Below, in pieces: positions 24,309 through 36,291 of a DNA stretch of 64,000 nucleotides (position 1 is the stretch's first letter; each line of letters opens with the position of its first letter). The translations under genes were made by a program, and so were the position numbers. The stretch is from the NCBI RefSeq assembly GCF_947568905.1, contig NC_079169.1:90148001-90212000 (forward strand). The letters are read 5' to 3'. This stretch comes from Ostrea edulis (taxonomy: Eukaryota). The notes beneath the pieces are model-generated. The model was given only the letters and a program-made list of their open reading frames with translations. It did not search any database and had not been told where the DNA came from.

Positions 24309-25164
24309 GAGCTACAGAGCCACCCCTTATAAAAACCTTCGATTTACGGTGCACAAAAATCTGCGCACGGTTGAGGCCTTATATCGTTGTATTCTGGAGT
24401 TGCTGTCTCATAAATTTAATATCAAAAAATTCTTAACATATTTTCCTACTATACTTGTGTCTAAACATACCTTCAAATATTCATTAAAGCCCCATACGAC
24501 CTGAAAACTCCCAGCTTCAAATGATTTCGTTTGTTGACGTAGCCATGTTAGGTAGCCGGTCAATTCGAATCCTGGTTAATTTCCATACTTGCACAATAAC
24601 GTCTAGATGTGAACTAATATCCCCACAAATATTTTAGCTAAATATTTTAAATAATATATCACCCCAGTGCCTTTAAATAATAATTATTCAAATAGCTAAA
24701 CTCACGGCAATGTGGCTTTCATTAGTCTGGTCCGGTCTCCATCGCTGCCACACGAGTGTTAAGGACTTTAGTAGCATTTTCATGAATCAAGAGCTTATTT
24801 TACCTTTAGAAAAACTTTATTTTTTTAATTTCTATAAATTATTCGTATTGATAATAAATGAAGAGCGAATACATAACATATAACGAATTTTATGAAAACA
24901 GGGTACGAATTGACCGGCTACCTAACATGGCTACGTCAACAAACGAAATCATTTGAAGCTGGGAGTTTTCAGGTCGTATGGGGCTTTAATGAATATTTGA
25001 AGGTATGTTTAGACACAAGTATAGTAGGAAAATATGTTAAGAATTTTTTGATATTAAATTTATGAGACAGCAACTCAAGAATACAACGATATAAGGCCTC
25101 AACCGTGCGCAGCTTTTTGTGCGCTGTAAATCGAAGGTTTTTATAAGGGGTGGCTCTGTAGCTC
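24309..25164. repeat. 856-bp foldback (259-bp inverted arms, about 4 mismatches, 338-bp spacer) inside the left TIR of the 10.9-kb element
   Basis: Arms 24309-24567 and 24906-25164 read as reverse complements (GAGCTACAGAGCCACCCCTTAT...CAATTCG / CGAATTG...ATAAGGGGTGGCTCTGTAGCTC). Confidence 0.92.
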
Positions 25165-27575
25165 CCCTACTAACGTGTTCGGAACATATTCTTTATCGGT
25201 GTTAAGTAGAGCGTAAAATCAAAGACTATCGAATGAAATATAATCTCGCTGCTCCGAGACTCCAACGCGAGCTACCTGAGACCCGGTGAATTTTCTACCG
25301 GATATGGATGTGCTTTAAGGAATTCCAGTGTTAATGTAAGTATCAATTAGAAATTATGGTATATTGTGCTTTATTTGTTTTTGCAATATATAGATCTACG
25401 TATCAATGCATTATTTTCCTAATGCCATCAGCTAATAAAGCTTAAATAAGAAATGGCAAGAAAGAGTTATCGTCCTTAGATTTGGACCTAGGCCAACTTT
25501 GAAAGAAGTCTTGATTATCGTGAAAAAAATATTGAGAGGACATCTTTCTATTTCAAATGCCATAATTAAATTTTAATGTTGCATAGGGATTGTGTTCAAT
25601 TTATCAAACACTGAAATGTTGCATACAATTTACCATTTCCACGCAGAAAATATTATAGTCTGTTTCATGTTTGAGGTATATACATGTATGTATCTGTGAA
25701 TGTACATGTTACAAGCAAAGAAAGATGCATTGCAAGTTTCTTAAAACTTCTAAACTTAATATTTCTTTGATGGAAACATAATCATTTTCCTAATCTAGCA
25801 GTATAGATAAAGTGAATTTATTTTATGAAGAAAGTAAAGTTTATTGATTGGATCTATTGTGGTGACCAGGGGGTGTGTATACTACCCATTCATAATTTTT
25901 TGATATGTAAAGATTTTGATAATTAAACTCATTGATGCATGCAGAACACCTAAGAAAATTAGAATGAATGAAAAGTATATGACATGTATTTGTATGATTA
26001 TCATTTGGTACATATGTAAATGAAAAATTCCAACTTTTCCTTATATGATATGATTTAATAATAATAATACCATATTTATATAGCACCCTTTTCATCCACT
26101 ATATGTATGTACGCTCAAAGGTGACCAATTATGGATTGTTTTTAAGTGGAGGGAAAGCAACAATAAATGGAAATTAGAACATGACTAGATGTATACATGT
26201 ATATATATAGTAACCATTGCCAAAGTATATAATGTACCAGTGATAATTTTAAAAGTTGATCACAAAACTGCAAAGGACATCAGGGGACAGTGCATTATAT
26301 TTAACAGGATCCTCCCTGTATCTAATGCAGGGTTGTAATTGTCATTTATAACATGTATATTAAATCTGGTAAAAAATGTGCATATTAGACACCAGTGGAC
26401 AATGCATTAATTAAATTTTTTATCAGATCATGCATCAATCTTCTTATATGTAGCAAAATATCGCAGTCTTTGATTTATATAAAATCATAGTAGAAAACAT
26501 TTAAAATTCCTGAGTGGTGCAGGTCTCATACTCATTTACAGATTGGCAGTTTATAGCTCTGAGTTTCTGTAACCACACACATGTATTACTAATGTTTATT
26601 TATGCAAGCATTTATGATATATATTAATCATTAACACATATATTAATGTGACGGGACAATATACATGGATATACATCATAACTTTTTCCTTTATTGATAC
26701 ATTATAAGCAGTACATATTTTCATAAGTCATTTCTAAAAAAAAAAAAAACAATCCTTTTATGAATGAAATACCTACATGCATTTCTGATCTTTTTAATTA
26801 ATTTAGATTTACTTATTCCAATTACAAACTTATAATTACAGAAACACACATGTAATAATATCAATAATCTTTTTCATATTTAGATTAGTCATGTATCTGT
26901 ATGTTAGAGGACAATCTGTACAAAATTTTTAAATCTTAAATCAAATAATTGAATCACAATTAGGATTATATTGCACTACACTGTAATTAACTATTGTTTT
27001 AATATACATCAACTATATTTTGTCTGTAAGAAACCTTTGCTGTATCATTTTTAGTATTACATTTCGCAACATAATTAAACAGTTATAAGTCTCAGAAATC
27101 AAAATTGAGCTGTGATCATCCAGAAGCTGTTCTAGAAATTTAGGAGAAGAAATTATTTTGCATGATCATATTACATGGATTTTTTTTTTCAAGTTTGGCC
27201 AAGTTAGGATCATAGTGTGCACTGAGTATTATTTAACCTAAAGTAAAGAATTTTGTAATTATAAGCTCCCTTTAATAAAAAGCTGACTGTGCAATGTTAA
27301 TTATTTTACATGTTTTAGTTTGTGCTATATATTTAACTGAATTGCCTTAAATTGTAAAAGAAATTGTGAATTAAATACAATTGTAACTGATCAAAATATT
27401 TATTATATTGCATGTTGATGGAGTTTTGAAAATTTAAAAGCATAAATTAAGGCATCAAATAAATATGGTGTTTCTGACCAAAATTTAAACACACTACCCT
27501 TAGTTTTTAAAATAAACATATATTGTTGAAGAGATCATTGAAGAAACATTGTTTGACATCTGTAATTCAATTTTA

Positions 27576-28766
27576 CATACATGCCAACTTTTGAAAATCC
27601 CCATGGGGGATTTTTCGCGCGACGACCTTTTTTCAACGCTCAAAATTCACGACATTTTACCACGAAAATAAATATTTGTCTTTTCAAATAAAATATCAAT
27701 CTAATCATTATACATGTATCATACATCAAGTGTGTTTGACCATCAACTTTAACAAAACTATATTAAAAAAAACTTTGAAAGATATAGATAAGTATTTTAT
27801 TAAAATCATCTATTCAGCAAAAAATCCTCTCCAACAAGTCACATACATATCAAATAATACTTAAAGTTGCATCCTTTTACACCATATACACATTGGCTGG
27901 TCTATATATCAACATTTAAATTAAAGCACATGCATTTAGGTACGACTACAAAGGCGATCTTGCTTGTCTGTAAACAATTTCATGGGCTTGCAGAGTCTGG
28001 TGGAACAATCTGCATTGCAACCAGAAAAGGAGTGATCTGCCCTGCTATGAAGTTTGCGAACAAAACCTTTGCACCCATGACATCTGAAATAATTACCAAG
28101 AAAACACACATCAAAATATACGTTTTTACTTGTAAAATACTTGTAAAATATAAAAATAAAAATTCAGTACAGACTTGTGCAAATTACGCATCACAAAGTC
28201 TATTGAATACTACGCTATATAGACTATGTAATACATCGCTATAGACAGATAGATTCGGGTAGCCTATATTATCATAGTTGGAAAAACATATATTTTACGT
28301 ACCTTTAATATTGCATATTTTGGATGCTGTCAGCGAGAGGCAAAAATCGGGAATGTCCGATTGTTTCGTGGTGACACTATTATCATTGCCATTCACGTTT
28401 GTGTAAAGGATATGTCAATTTGAAATCCGTCTTCCCGATTAATTACTATCAAAACATGCTTCGCACTGTCCAATAAGCACCCCGACACGGGCAGACCAAG
28501 GAAATTACATCACTCCGATACCATGCGACACAGGTAAACAGCAATGGCTGACTATTGTCCCGATTTCTGATTGGCCAGTTCAGAAATGACGCGGGGTTTC
28601 AAATTCCGGTTGGAAATGGGGGTTTGTTGTCGTAAAATGGGAGACATTTTTAGAAAATCGGGATTTCGGGGTATTTTTGCAATCCCGATCGGGATATCGG
28701 GATTTGCCTTTTCAACTGCTTGAAATCGGGAAAATCCCGCACAAATCGGGAAAGTTGGCATGTATG
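27576..28766 (-). mobile_element. Internally deleted hAT-like DNA transposon with 6-bp TSD
   Basis: TIR CATACATGCCAACTTT / AAAGTTGGCATGTATG; TSD ATTTTA (27570-27575, 28767-28772). Minus-strand remnants FPW..C..C..H, KQSDIPDF and DVMGAKVLFANFIAG..PFLVA..PDS resemble hAT transposase N-terminal motifs. Subterminal AATCGGGA repeats. Confidence 0.72.
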
Positions 28767-29014
28767 ATTTTATCTATAATAAGGAATTTTAATCAAACTA
28801 AATCTAAAAGTTTCATTGACAAGTGAAAATAAGTTCAATAAGACACAATTAATTTGTTTAAATGGAGATTGTGATCAGAATATTAAAACTTAATTGTTTA
28901 CAGTTAAAGAAAAAAGTTACGAATTATATGTTCCAATCTGAATTGAAATTAGACTGGTATATTCGACTCGTCTTCGGTACACCTCAATACAAGGAAGTGT
29001 ATCATAGAGAAGTG

Positions 29015-29497
29015 TATGGAATCCGGATAGGGCCACGTAGTTCACTATCGCACCATCGCGCCATCGAGGTTTGGGTCGATGGTGCGATGGCGCGATAATG
29101 CGATGACGATGGCGCGATGGTGCGATGACGATGACGCGATGGTGCGATAGCGCGATGACGATGGTAAGATGGCACGATAATGCGATAACGATGGTGCGAT
29201 GGAGCGATACTGCGATGGTACGATGGCGATGATGCGATAACGCGATATCATTATGCCATCGGTATCGCGTTATCGCATCATCGCCATCGTACCATCGCGT
29301 CATCGTAGTATCGCTCCATCGCACTATCGCATCATCGTTATCGCATTATCGTGCCATCTTACCATCGTCATCGCACCATCGCGTCATCGCACCATCGCGC
29401 CATCGTCATCGCATTATCGCGCCATCGCACCATCGACCCAAACCTCGATGATGCGATGGTGCGATAGTGAACTACGTGGCCCTATCCGTATTCCATA
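29015..29497. mobile_element. 483-bp CpG-rich foldback MITE, IS3EU-like (copy 1)
   Basis: TIR TATGGAATCCGGATAGGGCCACGTAGTTCACTATCGCACCATCG. Interior is a CGATG block followed by a CATCG block. 6-bp TSD GAAGTG (29009-29014, 29498-29503). Confidence 0.88.
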
Positions 29498-29897
29498 GAA
29501 GTGGGATTCTTTTTCTCTTGCCATTATTTTGACTTGCACAGCAATTTATATTTTTAGCCTAAATTTCAAATCATAATACATATTTGTGCATGTGTCTGCT
29601 TTCAGTGTACTTTTTGGGGACTTTGAGTGATCGATTCACCACCCTTTGAACAAATGTATTTTGAGATCCTCAAAGGAATCCTAGATTTGTCAAGGTATCA
29701 CATCTTCCTATAATTGAATGTAATGATTATGTTTTCAAGATTTTAAAGGAGATTATTCTGTCTACAAAGTGAGATCATTTTATCTGTCCTTAAATTTTTA
29801 ACCAAGCTATACACTGCATGCAGATAATTTTGTTTCATAAAAAATTGTTATAGTATTTAAACATCTTTTTATGCATGGTTGTATATGTACATGTAAC

Positions 29898-30367
29898 TAT
29901 GGAATCCGGAAAGGGCCACATAGTTCACTATCGCACCATCGCATCATCGAGGTTTGGGTCGATGGTGCGATGGCGCGATAATGCGATGACGATGGCGCGA
30001 TGACGATGACGCGATGGCGCGATGACGATGGTAAGATACCGCGATAATGCGATAACGATGGTGCGATAGTGCAATGGAGCGATAGTGCGATGACGCGATG
30101 GTACGATGGCGATGATGCGATACCGTCATCGCGCCATCGGTATCGCGTTATCGCATCATCGTCATCGTACCATCGCGTCATCGTAGTATCGCTCCATCGC
30201 ACTATCGCACCATCGTTATCGCATTATCGCGTCATCGTACCATCATCATCGCGTCATCGCACCATCGCGCCATCGTCATCGCATTATCGCGTCATCGCAC
30301 CATCGATCCAAACCTCGATGGCGCGATGGTGCGGTAGTGAACTACGTGGCCCTATCCAGATTCCATA
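29898..30367. mobile_element. 470-bp CpG-rich foldback MITE, IS3EU-like (copy 2)
   Basis: Same TIR family as copy 1. 6-bp TSD TGTAAC (29892-29897, 30368-30373). Confidence 0.88.
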
Positions 30368-30896
30368 TGTAACAGAACTTATGAAGTACATGTATATGTG
30401 TTCAGTGTTTTATTATGTAAAATCTACTTAGGGGTACAACTACATTTACAAATTAATTATGTACATGCACACAAAGGCACAAACACAATTTCTACCTCAA
30501 AACTTTCATCAGATACAAGTCAAAAAATTTAAGATTATAAGAATTAAGCTAATAATTATACATGTAGCAGATCTTAGAAATATTTTCATGAAGAGATACA
30601 TTATTGCTTATGCTATCACTTTGCCTGTATTTCTGTCTTGGTTGAGTATATAGTACACTTGCAGATGACACACACTGTTTCATGGAATACTGCATCTTAA
30701 TTACTGACAAATCGTATAATTTCATAATATTACATTTTTTGTTACATACTAAATAAGTGCATGATTTTTTTCCTTTTAGAAGCCATGTTTTAATTGCTGC
30801 CCATCAAATAGTACTGTGTCTTGCATGTGTAAATTGTAAGTATTCAGTGTCTTAGTATAAATCGTTAGTATTTTGAAGCATGATGTCACAGTTAGT

Positions 30897-31462
30897 TTAT
30901 TATGTCTCCCCTCTTCCAGGGGGATCGAGACATTGTTTTTGTATTTTCTGTATGTCCATCTGTCTGTCACAAATTCTTGTGAACGCTTCTCCTCCTACCG
31001 TATATGGCTTATCCGCTAGACTTGAAACTTTGTACAATGCTTCAATGCCATATGGAGATGTGCATATTGTTGGGACGGGAGGATCCAATTATTTTCCTAA
31101 AAGTTACAGTGGATCTAAGAGGAGTGGAAGATGTTTAAATAGCTTGTGAATGCTTCTCCTCTGATATGGATTATCAGAGTTAGACTTAAACTTTTCACAA
31201 TACTTCAATGCCATTTGCAGATTGACATATATTGTAGGGATAGGAAGATCCAATTGTTTTCTTAAAATCTTAGGGGTGGAGGGTATAAAATAATTTGTGA
31301 ACACTTCTATATGGCTTATCGGAGTTCATAAATGCTTATATGCTTCTGTTCATGCTTTCTCCTCAATACCATACAGTACAATAAGGGGCAGTTTCATTTG
31401 GAGAACTTCCAATTTGGGGAGCTCAGGGAGACATTTGTATTTCCTAATAAACAATCTTTAGT
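30897..31462 (+). mobile_element. Degenerate HINE with ~170-bp core repeats
   Basis: 5' TTATGTCTCCCC...GAGACATTGTTTT followed by a (TCTG) tract; cores starting TTGTGAAYGCTTCTCCTC; 3' subterminal GGGAGACAT. Confidence 0.65.
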
Positions 31463-31656
31463 TTCAAATTGTGATTATGGTATTTTTGTTTCTCTTCTAT
31501 GAAATGTTAATTATATTAAATATCTATTTTGAAAAAAAAATCATAAGATATATATGTAAAGTTATAATTAAAATTTTTCTTTCTGGTAAAATAGGCATAG
31601 TGTATATGCAGTGTAGGTAGAGATAAATCACATAGCAAAGAAAAATTCCAAATTGA

Positions 31657-32715
31657 TTTTAGCTCACATGAGCTGAAAGCTTGAAAGAGCAATTCTGATA
31701 ACTTTTTGCTGTCATCAGTCCATCTGTACAACCTTTTCAACTTCTCCAGAACCATAGTGTTAATTTCAGCCTAACTTGCCACCCTTCACAGGGGAGATAA
31801 TCACAAAATAGGGTGGGTTCATTAAAAGTCTTCTCAAGAACCACAGGGCCAGAAGAGCTGAAATTTACAAGCAAGCTTCCTGGCATAGTGTAGATTCAGG
31901 TTTATTAAAATAATGACCCCCTAGGGATAGGATGGGGCCACAATAGGGGATCAAGGTTTTACATGCAAAGGTATAAGGAGAATCTTTTAAAAATCTTCTT
32001 CTCAAGAACCACTGGGCCAGGAAAGCACAAATTTGCAAGAAAGCTTCCTGACATAGTGCAGATTCAAGTTTGATAACATCATGGCCCCCGGGGGTAGGAT
32101 GGGGCAACAATTGGGGATCAAAGTTTTACATACAAATATATAGGGAAAATATAACATCTTCTCAAGAACCAATGGACCAGAAAGTAAGACAAAAGTTTAT
32201 ATTTACATGAAAGCTCCCTGACATAGTGCAGATTCAAATTTGTTAAAATCATAGCTCCCAGGGGTAGGATGGGGCCACAATAGGGGATAAAAATTTCACA
32301 TACAAATATATAAGGAAAATCTATTGTTTTTTAATTTTAAAGAATCACTGGGCCAGAAAGTCTTACATTTATGTCAAAGCTTGCTGACATAGTGCAGATT
32401 TAAGTTTGTTAAAATTACTCCCCCCCCCCCCCCCCCCCCCCCCAGGGGAAGGGTGTGGCCACAATAGGGGATCAAAGTTTAACATACAAATATATAGGGA
32501 AAATCTTTTTCTCAAGAAGCCATTGGGACAACGAAATTTACATTTACATGAAAGCTTCCTGACATAGTGCAGATTCAATTTTGTAATAATCATAGTTATG
32601 GGGGTAAGTTGGGTCCACAATAAGGATCAAAGCTTTACATGCAAATATACAAGAACAATCTTTAAATATGGGCCAAGGTAACTCATGCGAGCAATGTGGT
32701 CCATGGGCCTCTTGT
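31657..32715 (+). mobile_element. CvA/pearl-like HINE with ~5 copies of a ~165-bp satellite-related core
   Basis: 5' TTTTAGCTCACATGAGCTGAAAGC. Cores CTCAAGAACCACTGGGCCAG...AAGCTTCCTGACATAGTGCAGATTCAAG at about 31833, 32001, 32161, 32341 and 32511. 3' GCGAGCAATGTGGTCCATGGGCCTCTTG. Confidence 0.88.
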
Positions 32716-33639
32716 CTTTAATGCTATTGATACTAAATTGAAACAGAATAGATATCTAGAAGGAGTAATTAAGACAATCAATCAGTATTCATATTTCATA
32801 CTGGAAAATAAAATTTAGATAGCTTATATTGATCATTGTGAATTTTTTTTTCTTTCAGAGATTCATTTTGAGGAAATAGCTGGTGTGCAGTGCACATTCC
32901 TAAATGAATTCATCAGTTTACATTAAGGATCTACCTTCAAATCCTGTAATCTGGGATGCTCTAAAGTGCATGTCACAGACTAAAGTTATAAAAATAACTT
33001 CCAAGAATTTTTAAGAAATTGTTATAACTTTGAAATGTATGTATATACATGTATACTGATATTGAATTAAATTTTATAAAATTTCAACATCTGATTTTAT
33101 GTATATATAGACATATTGTAAAAAAAATTCCACTCTAAAGGTTTAATTTCTTTAATATTTAAGACTTAAAAAAAACTTTTGCAGATACAGTGGTGTAACA
33201 TTGTCTTACTTTCTGATCAATACATATAGATAAGAAAACTATGTATATTTCAATAAATGTGGAAAATTTTCAACCATTGAATTTCCATTTATGAGTAGTA
33301 ACTTGTACATAGTACTTCCTAACCAACTTTGATACTGTATAACTATAACTACCTGCTTGCATGCATTGCAGAGCACGTACAGCCGTGGTAATAATTCACA
33401 TTTGCTGATGAATTGCTTTAGCATAAAGAGTAAAATTAGTACGTTAAGTTTTAAATTTATGAAAATGCATATTAGGCTTTTCACAGATATTTCTTAAAAT
33501 ATATAGAAAATATGTATATATTCATATAATTGTATAAATCCTGCTAATCTAGCTTCTTCCTAAGTGAGGTGTATGGCACGCCATATTTATACAATGTATC
33601 TACCGGGTATTCCTTTAAGGATTTCATATATAATTTATG

Positions 33640-34240
33640 AAATATCTTCTATTTCTGATATCTAATAAATCTTATAAGATATATATCTCATATAATATAT
33701 AGTTTATAAAATATTTAAGATATATATTATAAATTATGAAAGATATCTCCTAAGCCTTATAAGATATCTTGTATATCAAATGATATAATGTTTAACAGAT
33801 ATCTTATAAAACATAAAATATCTTAAATGTTTTATAAGATTTCTCACAAGCTTTATAAGTTATCTTACATATCTTATAAGATATCTCATAAACAATTTAA
33901 AAAAAAATATAGCTCAAACTTTGATATATCTTATAATATACATGCAAGATATCTTGTATGTTTTATGATATATATCTTATAAAAGTAAATTCATATGATA
34001 CATTATAAAGTTAACAAGATGTCTTATAAAATTTCGTTTTTGAGATATCTTATTAAGTTTGAGATATCTTAAAAGACATAAGATATATGTTTTAGAAGAT
34101 AACTTATAAAATATATAACATATTTTATCATCTTTTATCAGATATCCAATTATAAAGGATACAATTAATATATTTCATAAACTTTAGAAGATATCTTGAA
34201 AGTTCAATAACATATCTTATAAAATTTATGAGATATCTTT
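33640..34240. repeat. Degenerate AT-rich array built from palindromic ATCTTATAAGAT / AGATATCT modules
   Basis: Perfect palindromes at 33669-33680 and 33869-33884, with many partial copies throughout. Confidence 0.7.
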
Positions 34241-36291
34241 AAAGAGGAATAAATCTAAAAATAGAATGCTATAGAAGTGTAGTAATAGAATCTAACAATA
34301 ACATCAATTTCATTTTTTCTGTGACGATGATTAACTTATAATGTGATATATTATTTTGTGCAGTTTATATGAGTCGCAAATATACTATAAGGCAGGAATC
34401 GCACATTTTCTTCACCAATTCTATTTTCAATGCAAAATATTCTCTTTTTGTAACCAATGCTGAAGATAACTTAATTTGTTAAAAATCCTTGACAAGAGAA
34501 AAAAAATTGATTTGTCCTGTGACTTGCCCACTCTACAAAATCCTAAATCGGGGAGGGGGAACTTTTCTCCTAAGTTCGAAAAAATTCATGATTTCTTAAT
34601 TCGGAGGGGGAGGGGGTGTTAAAAACTTACTACCAAAGATAATTTTTTTTATACAAATTCTCCATGAATACATGCATATATGTTTGCAGTTCTGTATTAC
34701 CCTAAATACCACTATAAATGAAAAATGAAAGAAAGCAGTCTCCCCAATTTCTTTATTTGCATATGTTATAAACAATGGAATTATTACCGTTGCCCCCCCC
34801 CCCCCCCCCCCGAACAAAAGAAGAAAAGACCCTCCCCCCTCATGACACGACAATAAGACTAAATATCAGATAAACTACAATCTAAATCTTTAAATGACTT
34901 TAACTTCCTGAGCTTTTCACTATTTCACAATCATCGCTGGTATGACAGTACTTAATTGAATTTTCTAATTTGCATTGATGATACATGTCTATTACAGTAT
35001 ATAGAAAATGACTATAGCTTTGGCATATTTATTTCCGGTTTCCTTCACTGCGGAATTTGACCTCACCTCTAACCTTTTAATGGGTCAAAAAACCCACGTG
35101 GTGTAAATTTAAATAACAATAACGTTAGTAGGGGTATGTTATGTCAAAATATTTTTTCAGAGAGCTACAGTTCTGCAGCTATCAATTAACCTGAAATGCA
35201 AATTGGATCACTCTTCCTCTGAGACGAAGGTTGTGACTACATTTCGGTGTAATACCTGTATCCATAACGAAAAAAATCTGTAAAACTTCGACCTACTTTT
35301 AGCCCTAAAGTAAGTCACGGTCCACCAATCCAGCTGAAATGCAAAGTCACTCTTACGCTTCTTTACAGCGTCATTACATAATACGTCCAGTGAGTGCATG
35401 GTTTGTCCTATTAACTTCTCTTACCATTGGTATTGAAGATGTTCATGTGGGAAAGATTTTGATATTCAATTTTTAAAGAAAGAAAATTACACGTTGTTGA
35501 ACTTAGTCAGTTTTGAGGAAATATTATAAAGTGATGCAAGAGTAAAATGGTTTGTCCTTGTAACTCCTCTCACAGTTTTGAAGTTAAGGCCTTTGTAAAC
35601 AACTTTAAGATGTGCGTATTGTAAGGATTTTGCTTCTCAACATATGAACGTCTTGTTGAGGGAGGTTTAAGGAGGTATGAGAACCCAAGAAATTCATAAT
35701 AAAAGGAATGTGTTCCATTCATATGATATTGAGCTGATCTACATGTATGTAATAGAGTTTGCATTAACTCTTGCAAAATTACATTTTTATGTTACATTGA
35801 AAATTTAAAAAAAAAATCCTAATTCTGCAAGAATTTTGAAAACGGAATTTTAAAAAGTGGATAACAATAATGGATAACAAATTTGAATTATTGGTCAAAA
35901 TACAAAATTTTCATACACAATGTCTGGAAAAATGATATAGAGGTTTTTTAGAATCGGTATTCTGTTTGGAAAAAAATAACCAAATTGATGAATTCACAAC
36001 ATTTGAATCTCTACTACTTGCACCATAAATTACAAAATTGAAGTACACGTCCAGGATTGCAAATATTGACAATAGATTGGATAAAACAGAAACTATAAAA
36101 TCGTGCAGATTTAGGACATTTTGATGAAACAATCCTTCCGCCATAGAATGTAGTCCTTTCCAAATCCTTTCAAAATTTGTATCGACATGAAATTTTTCAA
36201 CTGGATAATTTAAAGTGATAAATGTACATGTATAATATAAGTTCTTGATATTAAATTTATTTTTCTTTGATTAACTTTCCCTCTATTTCAG

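Larger units (their letters stand above)
24262..35181. mobile_element. 10,920-bp composite TAGCTGCA-family TIR element (AcademH-like) carrying nested TEs
   Basis: TIR TAGCTGCAGAACTGTAGCTCTCTGAAAAAATATTTTGACATAACA at 24262 and its reverse complement ending at 35181. Perfect 9-bp TSD TCAATTAAC at 24253-24261 and 35182-35190. Confidence 0.85.

Noticed and set aside
27867-28244. 125-aa plus-strand ORF
   Set aside because: It is antisense to the hAT transposase remnant, starts at TTG and has no recognisable domain.
28862-30431. Arg/His/Ile-rich or Asp/Trp-rich ORFs (SHHRAI repeats)
   Set aside because: They are translations of the CATCG-module foldback elements on both strands.
36267-36291. Start of the 1424-aa ORF at TTG 36267 as a single-exon gene
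   Set aside because: TTG is not a normal eukaryotic start, and the segment is a polypyrimidine tract ending in AG at 36290-36291.
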